Positions 1-13,700 of a DNA stretch of 64,000 bases are shown here, in pieces (positions within the stretch are counted from its first letter, which is position 1; every line of letters starts with the position of its first letter). The notes beneath the pieces were generated by a model. The model was not told the origin of the DNA. It ran no database searches and was given only the letters and a program-made list of their open reading frames with translations. Position numbers and translations under genes: made by a program. Origin of the DNA: Chrysomallon squamiferum (Eukaryota; Animalia; Mollusca); the NCBI GenBank assembly GCA_012295275.1, contig CM022672.1, forward strand, positions 17,794,001 to 17,858,000, in the 5' to 3' direction.

Positions 1-3000
1 TTCCCAGTTTTGTAGTATTTCTGTTTATTTAATTAATGATATTTTGTTTGGTTATAATAAATGTGCTGCCAATTGTAATCTTTGGTTAATTATTTTGGCA
101 TTTAAACTGGAATGTTCTTTATTGTCAGGTTTATTGTTAATAATATAATTAACAAATTATACTAAGCCAGCTGACGCTAGTTATACATTTGTCTCAAACA
201 CCAAAACGTTTCCTTTCGAATTAATGTACCAGATACATAAACAGTGCATGGTAAAATAGTTTTTAGTTCACTATTCTTTGAAAATATATCTCATTAATCA
301 TTATTTTTATATCCTCCTTTAAATATTTTTAAAAAAATATATAAATATCCCTTCAGTAATTATAAAAATGAATTAATAAATTGATTAAAAAAAAAATAAT
401 AAAAAGAAATTAAAAAAAATTTAACAGCTTTATCTTTTCTTTTTTTAAAAATATAATTTCAACTGGTGTATAAAACATTCAGGTGTTGTGTCAAAACTGA
501 TAAAAATGTTGAAACTGTTGGACAAGCTGTGACCATGTATCTTTCAAGTGAAAGAATGGTTTCACAAAGCTTCAGAATTTTCATTGTACTTTTGCAACAT
601 TTAGCTATTGTGAGCTTTGCATCCACTGCTAACCGTTTGTAAGTTCTAGAAATAACAGTATTGTCAACAGCAGGTGTTTCATCCATGACACAAGAAATGG
701 TGGAGAAAGGTTTCTGCAATAAATCAATTTAAACATTTTGATGGAAAATGAGATACATAAATTAGTTGTTCGGTTTTTGTTGCAGTTTTATTCATTAGTG
801 TCCAGTTTGGGTTATTGTAGAAAAATTTAGATATATTCTAATATTAAGGCTCAGAATATAGTTTGGAAAGCAATTTTACTGTTCTGAAAAGTAAATCAAG
901 AATATTTTTTTATTATTATTATTATTATTTTTATTAATTTATTGTGGGTTTTTTAGAACCCATTTGAATTTAATTACTTTCTTCTACAACAAGATTAGCA
1001 TTTAAATGCTAGGCACACTGACATAAATGCTACATAAAAAGAATATCACTTTAGAATTTATATCTATTATTGAAAGATAAAAATGATTTTTCTGGCCCAG
1101 CTGTTTCTCTACAAGTTTAATATAAACATAGTCTTGTTGTTTTAGTTTTTGTTTTTGTTTTTTTTAATGATTTGTATAATGTGATGTTTGTACTCGATTA
1201 CATTAACTAAAATTATATGCAGTACCTAGTCGGCATTTATTTGATATTTAAATTTTAGTCAGATGTTTTAATTAGTAATTAGTTGTTTTTTTAGGGTTTT
1301 TTCATATTCATTATTATCATTTATTTTTTTTATTTTTTTTTTTTTTTTATTTTAATACTGAATAGTGATATTAATTGTTCAGTGGTGGTATAAATAAGAT
1401 AAATATCTTTAATAGAATTCATCTATATTTTTAATGCCAACAATTACATTTAAAATGAATTTTTGAATCAGATGACCATAGTAAAAAAAGACAAATGCTG
1501 AAAATTTCACATCAAATATACATTTGTCTAAAAATTCCATTTCTGTAGATTGTGGTTAGTGGGTAGAAGGAACAATCCACATAGACTTACCAGCTGTACT
1601 AGAATATATACAACTGTAGAGAATGTATTGAGAAAACTAAGAAAGCTAGAGAAATCCTACAGATGGATAGGGAATAGGAAGATGATGATTATTCCTAATG
1701 GCCTGTATATAGAGAAATGTGCTTATGTATTTTAGTCTTTTCACTTAATAGTAACGTAATACAAAGACAACATTGTGGATTACTTTTTTTTTTATATAAT
1801 ACTGAGTGTGGGATGTTAAAACAGTTATTTTAATTGTACTGCAAGTGTTTAATTGAAATAATGATAAATAATGAATATTTGCTGCTCTGACTTCATAAAA
1901 TAATTCTTCTAAATCATCTTTTCAGGAGAAACAAAACACCAAAAAAAACCTGATATAGTTCTATAACATTTTATTTCATTTTTTAACATTTTTTTACACT
2001 TAATTTATTATAATTTTAAGCTGGATATTAATCAGGTTGTGAAGTAAAAAAAAAAAAAAAAACCCAGCAAACCCAAAACAACAACTTTATGGTTTTTAAC
2101 CTGAAAAAAAAAGTAAAAAAGCAAAATATCTTTGGAAAAATGGCGATATCTTTTAATTTGACTTTCTGAAATATTGATTCCAGATTTTGTTATGCAACAC
2201 TGTTGAAGCATAGATCTTGTAGGAAATCAGCAAGTTAGACAAAGCAGTTGTTGGCACACGCAAGAAAATGAATAATTAATGGTTAATTTCCCTAAAGTAC
2301 AAGATATTTTGCAGTTTACTAATCTAAGAGTGATATTACCCGAGGTTTTGAAGACAGGCAAGTTTCTCACTTTCAGCTCAGCTGGTCCCATGTGGTTCAG
2401 CCCTGGGCATGATTAAATAATTTATTACGTTTTCTACAGTGGTCAGTGAGCAACAATTAGTTTAATACTTGAGTGCTTTCCACCAAATGTGCTTTGGAAA
2501 CAAAGAGTTAACAGAAGTTTGAACATCCATAAAGGACTTCTTTCTTTTAATAGTTTTTTCATTAATTATTGTGTTCAATATGAGCAGTGATCCGTGTTGC
2601 CTTAAGAACATCAGATTATCAATATTTCATTATCATGGATATTAATATTTTTATTTTTAAATTTATATTGTCACATATTGATTCTGGTAAATCAGTGAGC
2701 TTAATAATAATAATAATACAAAATTTGTAATGTTAAAAGGATGTGTATGGACAATTGACAGGTTTTGTTATTTTTTTTTTTTTTTTTTTTGTGTTTCAAT
2801 AAATTTACAAAACTATTGCATCTGAAAACAAAAGCATAAACAAAACATCTTCCTAATAATTAAAGAGCTTAAACAGACTGTTTTACTTGACATTTTCTTA
2901 AAAAAGGGTGATTATGTACAAACTGAAATTTTTGTATGCATGTATAGAGACACTTAATCCTTTAATGGGTGTTGGAAATTTCCAAGTACAATCTGTTAAA

Positions 3001-5963
3001 ATTTATACATATTCATCAAAGCACCATTTATTTTAAACTTCAAGTAATTAGCTGCTGAAGCAGACAACATTAAATAAGAACCATCTGTGCTGGATGCTGT
3101 AATGACTTTGTCACCAGCGGCCTTACAGTTGACCAGAGGTGTATGGTCCACCAGCTTTTAGAGAGCCCCTCCTGAGGTATTATGGTCTCAGCCATGACAT
3201 TAGCTTCGTAATCAAGCACCTGTACACAATTCGGAAACAAAGAAATTCCCAGTCTTGCAACAAGCTGCAGTTTAAAATCAATTTTTGGCCATCCCAGGAC
3301 TACTCAGTGTGGGTAATTTGCAACATGGCACAGCCCAAGGGGTGCAATTTTGTGAACAATTGCTGCATAGTAGTAGTTAGTGGCTTGATAAGAGGAGTCC
3401 ATGGTGATCAATTATTTGGCTTGGAATTCTGTAAATAATACACAGATACACTGTTGGTTATAACAACTCTCATTTGTTCTCTTCTTGGTCAGTTGGTGAT
3501 TAAATTAACTTGAAACTGGCTGTAAGCCAGACACATCGAAAATCTCCAAATGATTAAAATATTTAATCATTTATATTTCATAAATGAATTTATATTTGCA
3601 TCAAATTATATTTCTCTTTGTGCCCGGATATTAATTAACATTTGTGGTTTGTTGTTTTTTTTTTTTTTTTTTTTTTTGTTTGTTTATTTTTGTTGGTTTT
3701 TTGTTGGGTTTTTTAAAAGTTCCATTTAGATATTAACTTTTGACTAACCACTTGGTGCTAAAGATCATCAAATTATCAGAACTGTCAAGAGATTGAAATA
3801 ATTATAATACTTGTAAGAGATGATCACTAAGTCTGCATATAATAGCCAACCACTTAGGCTGCTGGTCACTGCTGTAGCTTCCGCATGTTTTGATATTAAT
3901 CATGTTTGCATGCAACATTGAGCAGAACTTAATGTGGATAGAAATAGGCTAATTATCATTTGTAACTACATCATTAGGTAATGGTGATCAAAGACACTTG
4001 GTTTTTATTACTGAACATGTTGTGCTTTAAACTATTAGAAGATTTCCCCTGTGGGTCGATCAGCTAAATTGGCCATCATTCCTGGTTTACCATACCTTCT
4101 TTATTTTATGCTCATATGCTGGGTTCTCTAAAGATGTCGTTATGAGGGCAGTTCTCAAAACGTGACATTTTGAACATCTCTCAGAAGTCCGATTTCTTAA
4201 GTGGTTTTACTGAATTTGATGTATCTCTTTAAAAACAGCTCCCTCTTGACACATTCTTTTATTGATTAAGACAGGAATATGCTTGATTAAAAGAGAAATG
4301 TGTTGTATTAAGTACATCTTTATGGTATGAGTTATTTAGTTACTGTTTAAGAAACACAGAACAAATGCATATACATACCCACAGATAATATTTAAAAATA
4401 ACAAATCCAGAAAATTCAGCCATTTACAAACTTGTTTTCCAAATTTCAGCTTAATAATGTGCTATGATAAAAATGATAGTGAATTACACTTTATTGATCA
4501 TATTTAATTGGTGACTGTAACATCACTTTGTGGGAGAGGCTCAGTTTCAAACAACTGATGTGATTTATGCACACTTTCTCTACAGTTAACTATATCCCTA
4601 GAGGTGCAAATATGGTTATCTGCCCTTGGGGAAGCAGGTGATATTTATGGGATATGAGTAAAAGTGTGATATTTGGGAATAAAGTATTCTTGAAGCACTA
4701 ATTTATTAATGACTGTCTAAGGACATAAAACGAGCCAGTAATGGTAGCTTCCAGTCCTTCCCATAAGCTGGGGTACATGATTTTCTGTTCTAGGATAATA
4801 TCCTTTCTGTACCTTGTTTTCTCTGCAGTAGAAATAATAATAATAATAATAACTTTTTCATGTATTGAATACTGTATTAATGAACATTCAAGTAATAATC
4901 ATATTTTTAAAAAATCTTTCGCTTTCAGAATTAAGATTAAATATTTCTTTTTTATTCATTCTTTTGTTTTCTTTTTGTTTTCTTTTTACAAAAACTGCAC
5001 AAGAAATACTTTAAGGGAGAAAAAAAAAAAAGTATTTTTCAAATCCATAGACGAGTTAAAAATCAGCAAAATAAAAAATCAATTTTCAAAAATTGTTTGG
5101 TTTTGCCTCCTTATATGAATCAAAAAAACATTAACTCCATTAGCAAAATAAAGTTTAAAAAGGAAAAAAAAAAATCTACAAACGCAACAGCAGTGTTTTT
5201 GAAATTAAGTAATATGCACAAATGTTGCCAGTTGGTCATTTTCCCTCTGATAATATTCAATTCGTTAACCACTCATCACAGCCTGGTATTTATCGGAGGA
5301 TCAATAGTACGCTTACAAGTGTCACAAAAGCATCATTGCCATCAAAAGATGAGTCCATTAAGAGAATGCACAATTGTGGCCAATGTAGCAGATATTTTGT
5401 GAAAATACCTGCAAATAGGAAAGAGTTAGTTGATGTAAAAGTGGGCTTCTGTTTATTTTATATTGATCAGGCAGTGGTATCGGCTTCTGTTCATCTGTCT
5501 CACACATTAAGTGCCATACAAATGGACATGGATAAGCACCAGAGTGATCCATGCACGAAGTCTTTCCCGCCTGTCTTGCTGGCTGTCTTTTGAATCAACT
5601 CGCTGTCAGGAAACTGATCCTTTAAATCTCCTGTCGTTAAATAAAACTGTGATTCCACTATCTAGTCTGTAAAAAAAAAGAAAAAAACAGAAAGAAAGAA
5701 AAAAAAAAAAAAAAGCCTATTGCAGTGGAGTTGAATTCAACAGTTATTTCTTCCATTAGGACTGTTCCATTAAAATTGACACCAGCAGGGGGTTTGTCTA
5801 ACAGGCTTTCTGAATTACCTTGCATAAAACAGATTTATAGAATAATATTTAAATAAATAAAATTGCTCTTTATGTAATAGATATTATATTCTGCATAGTA
5901 TTGCAGAGTTTACTTAAAATTTATTTGTCTGTAAAACCGGCTATATGAGTAAAAGTAAACCGA

Positions 5964-5998
<35 letters not shown>

Positions 5999-6521
5999 TT
6001 TTGTTTAAATTATCTTTTTCAAGAACAGCAGCAACAATGTAAATGCCATCCAAGACTAAATCTAATAACTTACTTTCTTTTTTTTTGTTTTTTTCATTGG
6101 CAGAGAAATTATTTTAAGACTTTAATTTTATTTCAAATTCATTTCAAGCTTTGTTGGGGAAGGTGGGTGGGTTGGGTAATTTTTTGTATTCAGTGTTTTA
6201 ATCAATAACAGTTTTCACGTCTGTAAATTGAGTGATAATAACAATATTATCTCTTGTAATAATACCTCAAACTAATGGTTACCTGACACTGTTTGTTACT
6301 GTTTTAGCAAGCTGACAGTTTACTTTGCTGATGTAACATGTGTGCAAAACAATGGCATTGTGAAAGTTTGGAAAACTAAAAGTTTCCATGAAATGGCTGC
6401 AGACAGAGCCAGGAAGACCAGTCATACTTGATATGCCTGTTCATGTATCCTATCACAGCCAGTTTTATTGAATATTCAATTGCATGTTTAACTTCCATGG
6501 GTAGATACATGATAATTTAAC

Positions 6522-6555
<34 letters not shown>

Positions 6556-7633
6556 TGCTGAATAAAAGGAGTGCCCATAGAGTGGTTTCTTCTCTTGTAT
6601 TAAAGTGCATAAATAAAAACTTGATATTTGATTAACAATATTCATTAAACAAATACATATATATTCATTAATTTCCAACAACAATATACCTATATATATA
6701 TGTGTTTGATGAAATTTTCCTTTTATTTGATTTCCTTAATATTTAATAGTATTGCCCTTTAAAAAATATAAAAATAAATAAACTGAAATTAATCAAATAA
6801 AGTGAAGATATTTCACAACAACATATTTTTCACGCAGTTAATTTCCAGTGCATGCATGCATGTTTTATGTTTTTTTCTCTAGAAGTTTTTGTGGTATGTG
6901 AATTGTAGATTTAATCTGAACATTAAAATGTCTGGCTTTGTCATTTTTTCCCATCGAAACATAGTTTATTTCATGGCATCATTACCTTTTATCATTTTTG
7001 TTGCATCATACAAGACATCCTAAATTACTTCAGGAATGGAAATGTTAGTTGTAAAACGTAAGAGAACCACTAGCATGTTATCGCTGTGTGTACTGTTAAT
7101 GTTACATTTATTTGATCTTGTTAAGTTTTGATTAATGCTTGCACTAGATGGTCGCTGCCAGAGCTGAAGTCTGCATTTTAAGCATGTTTTATGGTCATCT
7201 TGAGTCAATAAATCTTAACCGAATTAAAGTAAACTTCATTAGATTCGTCCTGATTTGTGATCAATAAGCTTCAAACACGATTGATTTGTGCAGTTCCCTT
7301 TTTCTCTCGCTTTCTAATTGTGAGAAATCGAGCATGCCTGTCCATTGTGTTAGTCACGATGTATGCGAGTATAAAAGCAAAGTAATGTTTATACATGAAT
7401 GTTTTAAACTGACACCACAGAAGATTATGCATGGCAGTATTTATTATTTATTATTATTTTTTTTTTTACCAAGAAGTGTTTTAATATTTGTCAGTACAGA
7501 AATTCAAAACTTCAAACTGCAGATATCTCTTGTTGTGGAATTGGTGATACGATGGAATCCATCCTGTATTTATGGTCTCTGTCAGTGTTATCGACATTAA
7601 TGTCAAGACTTGGGTTATATGTTTTATTTCCTT

Positions 7634-7683
<50 letters not shown>

Positions 7684-10641
7684 CTGGTTAATTGCATTAT
7701 GTCAATTTCCTAGGACTGTGATTTATTGAAAGTTCATGGAGCTATTGTTTTTGTCACTTAGATTGTGTACCATCGGAAATAGCAATGTTCAGTGGTTAGA
7801 AACACATTAATCAGAAAGGATTTTGATATTGGTATTTGATGATAGTGTTGGAATGGTTGTAGCTGTTAACAACAGAAGCTGTTACTTAGATTTATTGTGT
7901 ATAACTGAATTTATTAGTGTCCAGTTCTTCATGTTAGGGATTTACATGCAAATAGTTTTGAAAACAGTTTGTATTTTCAATTAAGATATCATCTGATTTA
8001 CATGATCAGACCATGGTTTCAGTTTTATTACTGGAATTTTTGGTAACTGGAACAAAAAATCATTATTTTCTTTTCAGACAGATTGACTGTATATGGAACC
8101 AATAGAAATAGAAATAATTGTTGTATGTCTACAATGGTTGTTAGTCAGAAATATTTTGCTCATCATGGAAAATGCTGTTAATATTACATACAATGTCTTC
8201 TTTCAGTGTCTAGAAATATATTGGGTTACGGTATATTTTGCAATTTTTATAAAAGATAAAAAACCAAATTTAGAAATTTATATATATTGGAAAGTTGTTA
8301 TTATTATCATTAGAAGCACTGTAATTTATATGTAACTCTGTATATGGTTTTAAGGTATACATATATGTATATATAATTTTGATGGCATCAGTTTAGCTTC
8401 ACACCTCATCAATTTGTTGAATAGTTTGTATTCTCCCACGGGCTTTACAGCAGGCAAAATTATCAATAATTTTCAGCGTATTTGCCATATCCTCATTTGA
8501 TATATGACAGTGGGGACTCTGTGCAAAGATCAAACTTTGTCCCTGGTGTCATATGAATTCCTGCAACTTATCAAATATGAATATGACTCTCACATTGCCT
8601 TGTATACTGAGTGTCTTGAGAAAAGAAAATTGACAATGGTAGTGATAAGGAATCATAATATTTTTTTGTATTTTTAAATTTGTTTTTCTTTCTAACCACA
8701 ATGATATCGACACACACACACACATGGTTTATGAAAATATTTCAGAAAAACAAAATACACCTTGTATACAACATCAATCATATGTCATAAACATGTTTGT
8801 TGATACAAGTTGCATTACACATTTTTGAATATATTTATTATTTATAATATTTTTAATGAGTTAAAGGTCAATGGCAGGGCAGTAATTAGTTAAAGGTCAT
8901 TGAAGAGCATGTTAGCCTTAATTTTTAATCCATTAGGCTTTAATTTCAATACAAATTATAATTTGTTATGATGATGATTATTATTATCCTTCTTCTTCTT
9001 CTTCTTCTTATTATTATTAGTGTTGTTGTTGTTATTCAGAACAGAGCTTATTTTTAAATTGTTAAATTAAAATGTTAATGATCATGAATGTTGTAACCTT
9101 TGTCATTAAAAGCAACTAGTTCAGCTCAACTTGATAGATGCCATTCTTCCCCCACCCTTCCAACAGATATCTCGTCATATTTCCATTTATTCAGATTATA
9201 AATCCACTGCACTATATGACACCTGATAATTATAGTTATTGATTACTTTAAAAAACCATAAAAACCATATTGGAGTGTCATTAAATATTAATTTGTTTCT
9301 TTTGGCTATGTTTAATGATAACCTAACAGTGTCTTTCATGTATGTTTATTTTTTATATCTTTTTAATCATTGTCAAGGCTTATTCTTTCTACTATTAATG
9401 ATTATTTCTCTCTATGTTTATAATTTTTCTCTGAACTGTGGACAGTTATTCCCTGGAGAAATTACTGTTATGGATTAGGGCATACTTGTGGCGCACATAG
9501 TTTTTTTTCCTGGCTTATTGTATAGTGGTCCTTTGCAATACAATATTTAACATTCTTCCATTTCTATATTTATTCCAGAAATTGAATTATTATCAGTAGC
9601 AGCAGCGATGGTAATTTGAAATATGGCACAGTTATTGCCATTCTTTCATACTCTGCACTTGTATTTTAATATCAATAGTAGCTTCGTTAATAATTTTCTC
9701 TGACTTAATGTATCTTAGTATCAGGAATGCTTGTTTAGTACCAACTGTCTTAGATTATTGTAACTATTTCATTTTGTTTGGTGCTATTTCACTTTGTATG
9801 TTTAAAACCTGCTTCCCTAGATAAAAAATAAAATAAAAAATCATTACTTTCTTACTGTAACAGTCATTGGTGTTAGCCAATAAATACTGTTTAGATGCTG
9901 TTACCTTTCTAGTTTTATTTGATTTGATATTATCAGTTCTAGTTTATTTCTAATGTTATTCCTTCCTCTTACTTTTTTATTATAATTTTAGTTTGAAATT
10001 TTATTGATTTTTGACAAATACTTTGTCTACTCAAATACTTGATATCAAATTAAAAATAACAAGTCTATTTGTGTAGTTATGTTGAAATGAGTATGTGTGG
10101 AAGCTTATAAGCTTTCTTAGACATAATCAGATACTCATGAACACTAAATGTTTAAAATATCAGCATTTAACAGTAACAGAAGTATTAATAGCATTAATAG
10201 TAGTTTAAAACATATAAATTAAAACCAAAATGTTACCATTTAGAAGAGGATGTAGAACAACAACAAAAAAAGCAAACAAATAACTAATTTTTTTAAAGTA
10301 ATAAAATAAAAAATACTTCAAACAGTAGAGTAGAATTGGCCTTCTGTAATTAACCAAATGTGGTGGCAGTTTTTTTTTTCTCAATTCTTTTCATTCCTGC
10401 AAGTCGTTGTGAGTTAATGTATGAATTGTCAAAGTTAATAGAAATTGTCAATTTTACCTGTCAAGGCAAATCCCTTGGAGTTGCAGCCTTGTCCTTATTA
10501 ATTGTTTTAAAGAGATACTGTCGACAGCTGAAGATTAATATGGTAGATGGGTTTCATTTACAAAGCAAAGCTGGATAAAAAGCCTGCTTAATGTGTCTTT
10601 GATCTGTTTTCTTATTGTCATATGAACTGCATAATGATTCC

Positions 10642-10727
10642 CTAAGACAGGCGCTCTGTTGACACTAACAGGATATTATTTTACTAAGACGCATGCTCTG
10701 TAGACATTTAACAGGATATTATTTAAC
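10642..10727. repeat. Degenerate tandem duplication, about 42-bp unit x2
   Basis: ctaagacaggcgctctgttgacactaacaggatattatttta versus ctaagacgcatgctctgtagacatttaacaggatattattta. Confidence 0.8.
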
Positions 10728-13700
10728 TGAACCATACAGTTCTAATACCATTCCTTGCACATACTTGCTGTCTTGTCATATCACCAGGATAACCCAGCAT
10801 GAGACACACTTTTATAGCTCTAATAAAAAGATTAATTTTTTTTGGCCAGGCAGTCATTAATATAGAACTTTTTTTTTTTTTTTTTTTTTTTTATCTGTAT
10901 TTCACCTAGACATTTTTTCAAAGATATTCTTTATATCACTGAGATCTTTGTTTTGACATAATAAGAGGAAACACTTGACTCAGTGAAGAACATTGTCAAC
11001 ACACTGACAGGGTAATGTTTCACCCAGCAAATGGTGTCTGTAATATTGTCGAGGTAAAGTTTCACCACACACTAATATGGTAATGCTACACTATGTGACA
11101 TTCTCTGCTGACAAAATGTGAGGGTAATTCTTTTTCTTAACTATATAATAAAATTCATTCATACAGTTAAATCCTTAAGTGTAAGAAATATCTTCATTTA
11201 AATTTATTTATTTTACTCTTAAATTTCAGTGATACACATTTTCATATAACCAAACATATCTGTTTACGACCCTTATTTAGTTGTTTTTGATTGTTAATAA
11301 AAGAAACTATCGCAAAAGAATTTGTTATTTTATATTTTAAAACCAGTGATTTAATTTGTTATTCTTTTAAATATACTTTATAATTTTCCTTCAATTCCAT
11401 TCATAGGAAACTTGGTTGCCTAGGAAATAATCATCTTTTCTTTGAATATAAAAAGAGAAAAGTTAATAAAATGCATTGGTGAAGCGATGCAAAGGTATAA
11501 TTACCTGTTGCCATTCTTTTACAGTTAGAACATTTGCAGGTGTACTCTACTTTGAACTGGGTCAATTTTGTTTCATCTTTCTATCCATTTATGGTTACAC
11601 TAATTTAATGTTGAGAATACCACTGGAAACTAACATTTAATCAATTATTTTATTATCTTAATGAAGAAGGGCAGAGTAACCTGTGTTTTATTTTTTTTCC
11701 ACCTGCTTGTTTTTGTTTTTTAACTTTTCAACTCAAAAAGAAAAAATACAGCAACAAAAAAAAAAAGAAAAGAAAAGAAATGTTTTATTGATATTTTATA
11801 GGAAATATTGATTTCTGCTCAGCATGAATACAGTAATATTTTTATCTGGATAGGTGTTTAATATTTGATAGCTGTCAGCTAATATTTATTCCACTAAATA
11901 AATTAAACAATTTTATTTTATTGATTTTTATTTTGAAATGCATCAACTTTCTTAACATTATTATTATTATTATTATTTTAAAATATTTGTGACATCACAT
12001 AAGTTTGATCAGTGCCATATTTAAGTGTGTTACATTCACAATTGATGCTGCAGTAATGCTATCCAGAGACAACACTGGTTGTTGGTTGTTGCTTGTTTTT
12101 GACTTTTAACATTACAAATTAATGCCATCTTTTGTTGGAAACGTCGGATGGACTTGGAAATCGGTGTGTGCCTTTGTTACAGTACCAAGTTTATTTCAAA
12201 TGATAACCCATTGATTGTTATTGATTTCGCTCTTCTTGGTTGCACACCACTGCTCATGTATCAAACAACAAAGGCATGCCATCAAACTCTCACCATTTTC
12301 TATTAATAATGTATGCTGCCAATTTGCATTTATCCTGTCTCCATTACAGAATAAATGTTGAGCCTGCCTCACACTATCCCTTAGCAGCCAGTGCCAATAT
12401 TGCACTGCAGAGGACAGGAGTTGTCTCCTCCCTCGGGATACACTGGATCCATTAAGGGGATCGGGGTAGTTGGAAATGATGATTGTGGAAGCATGGCCAC
12501 TGGGCACTCATCTGCTACTGCTCTCTGCAAGCCAATCACATTGTAAATATGGTCTGTTCGGGTAAATTCATTAGCTTCCATGCACGGCACATTGTATCAT
12601 ATCTCTAGTCCATTTCTCTCACTTATAGACGTCCTGTGCCATATAGCTTAATAATTTATGTATTTTCACATTGGATTATTGGATCGTAGCTTGTTGGTGA
12701 GGGTTGCAAACCCTGGACCAAGTCTCTGCCCTTTGGTTCCCACTGTTGACCAGACCCCCATCCAAACTTTCCCAATGTTGATGGAAACAGCTACTCAGAC
12801 TTTGCCGGTAAGAAACAGACAAAGTAACTTCATGATTTTTGGTATCTTGTATCTTGTAAGATGATGTCGAATATATTTTGTTGGTTTTACTTAAATTCTG
12901 TGCAGGTGTTAAATGATTATTAATAAAAATTAAAGAATTAGTAGGTAACTTGCATGAAAAAAAAAAACTGAAATTCTTTGTTATATCATGTTGATTATTC
13001 AGATGGTTTGGTTTGTAACTAAAAGCATGCAAAACAAACAACAACAACAACAACAAAAAAAAAAAAAAAACAAAACAACTGCCACCTGATATATAGTTTT
13101 TGGTGAGAACACATTGTGCATGTATGTGTAAGTGATATGTAATTGTGTTACAAAATGCAGACATAATTCTAATGTGCAGTAATAGAAAATTCAGGTGAAA
13201 AGAAATGGATTGAAACAGATTTTTTAATTTTTTTTTGGTGGGTTTTTTTTTTTGATCAGTGTGCATGTATTTACTGTTTTAACATTTTAACCTGTTTTTA
13301 GACTTCCTTTCTTTTGTTTATATCTCCTTCTCTTAAAATAAAAAAATAAAATAAAAATAATAGTAATAATAAAAATGTGTAAAATAAATAAATTGTTTTA
13401 AAATCCTTTTCACGAAAATGTATTTAATAGTTTCTTCATGTCCATTTCTGCTCTTGCCATTTTAAAATCTAATATAAATTTAAATAATCCTGTGATTTAT
13501 TATGAATAAATACTCAAAAACATGTTTTTAAATTTCAATAACTATTGATACTTAAACAGCACAAAAAAAAAAGTAGGTTAATCGTATCAGCTTTTAAAAT
13601 AGCTTGCAGTAAGGGCAGAATGTATTCAACAGCCTGAAGTGTTACACCTTTTCATGCCTATGTTCTCTACCAGAAACGAAATATTGAAATAATTCATAGC

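Noticed and set aside
459-719. Minus-strand ORF preceded by an acceptor-like attgcag (possible nested antisense exon)
   Set aside because: The peptide is unrecognisable and I found no partner exons or convincing donor.
2440-2445. Possible 6-nt microexon ttttctacag|TGGTCA|gtgagc
   Set aside because: It has a short pyrimidine tract and no UGC enhancer, would insert within the RRM1 fold, and is expected by chance in 24 kb of AT-rich intron.
6451-6473. tatcacagccagttttattgaat resembles miR-2 family mature sequences (first 12 nt identical)
   Set aside because: I find no well-pairing 5p arm (tggctgtgata-like) at hairpin distance upstream, and there is no miR-71/miR-2 cluster context. It is likely chance, though small-RNA reads would settle it.
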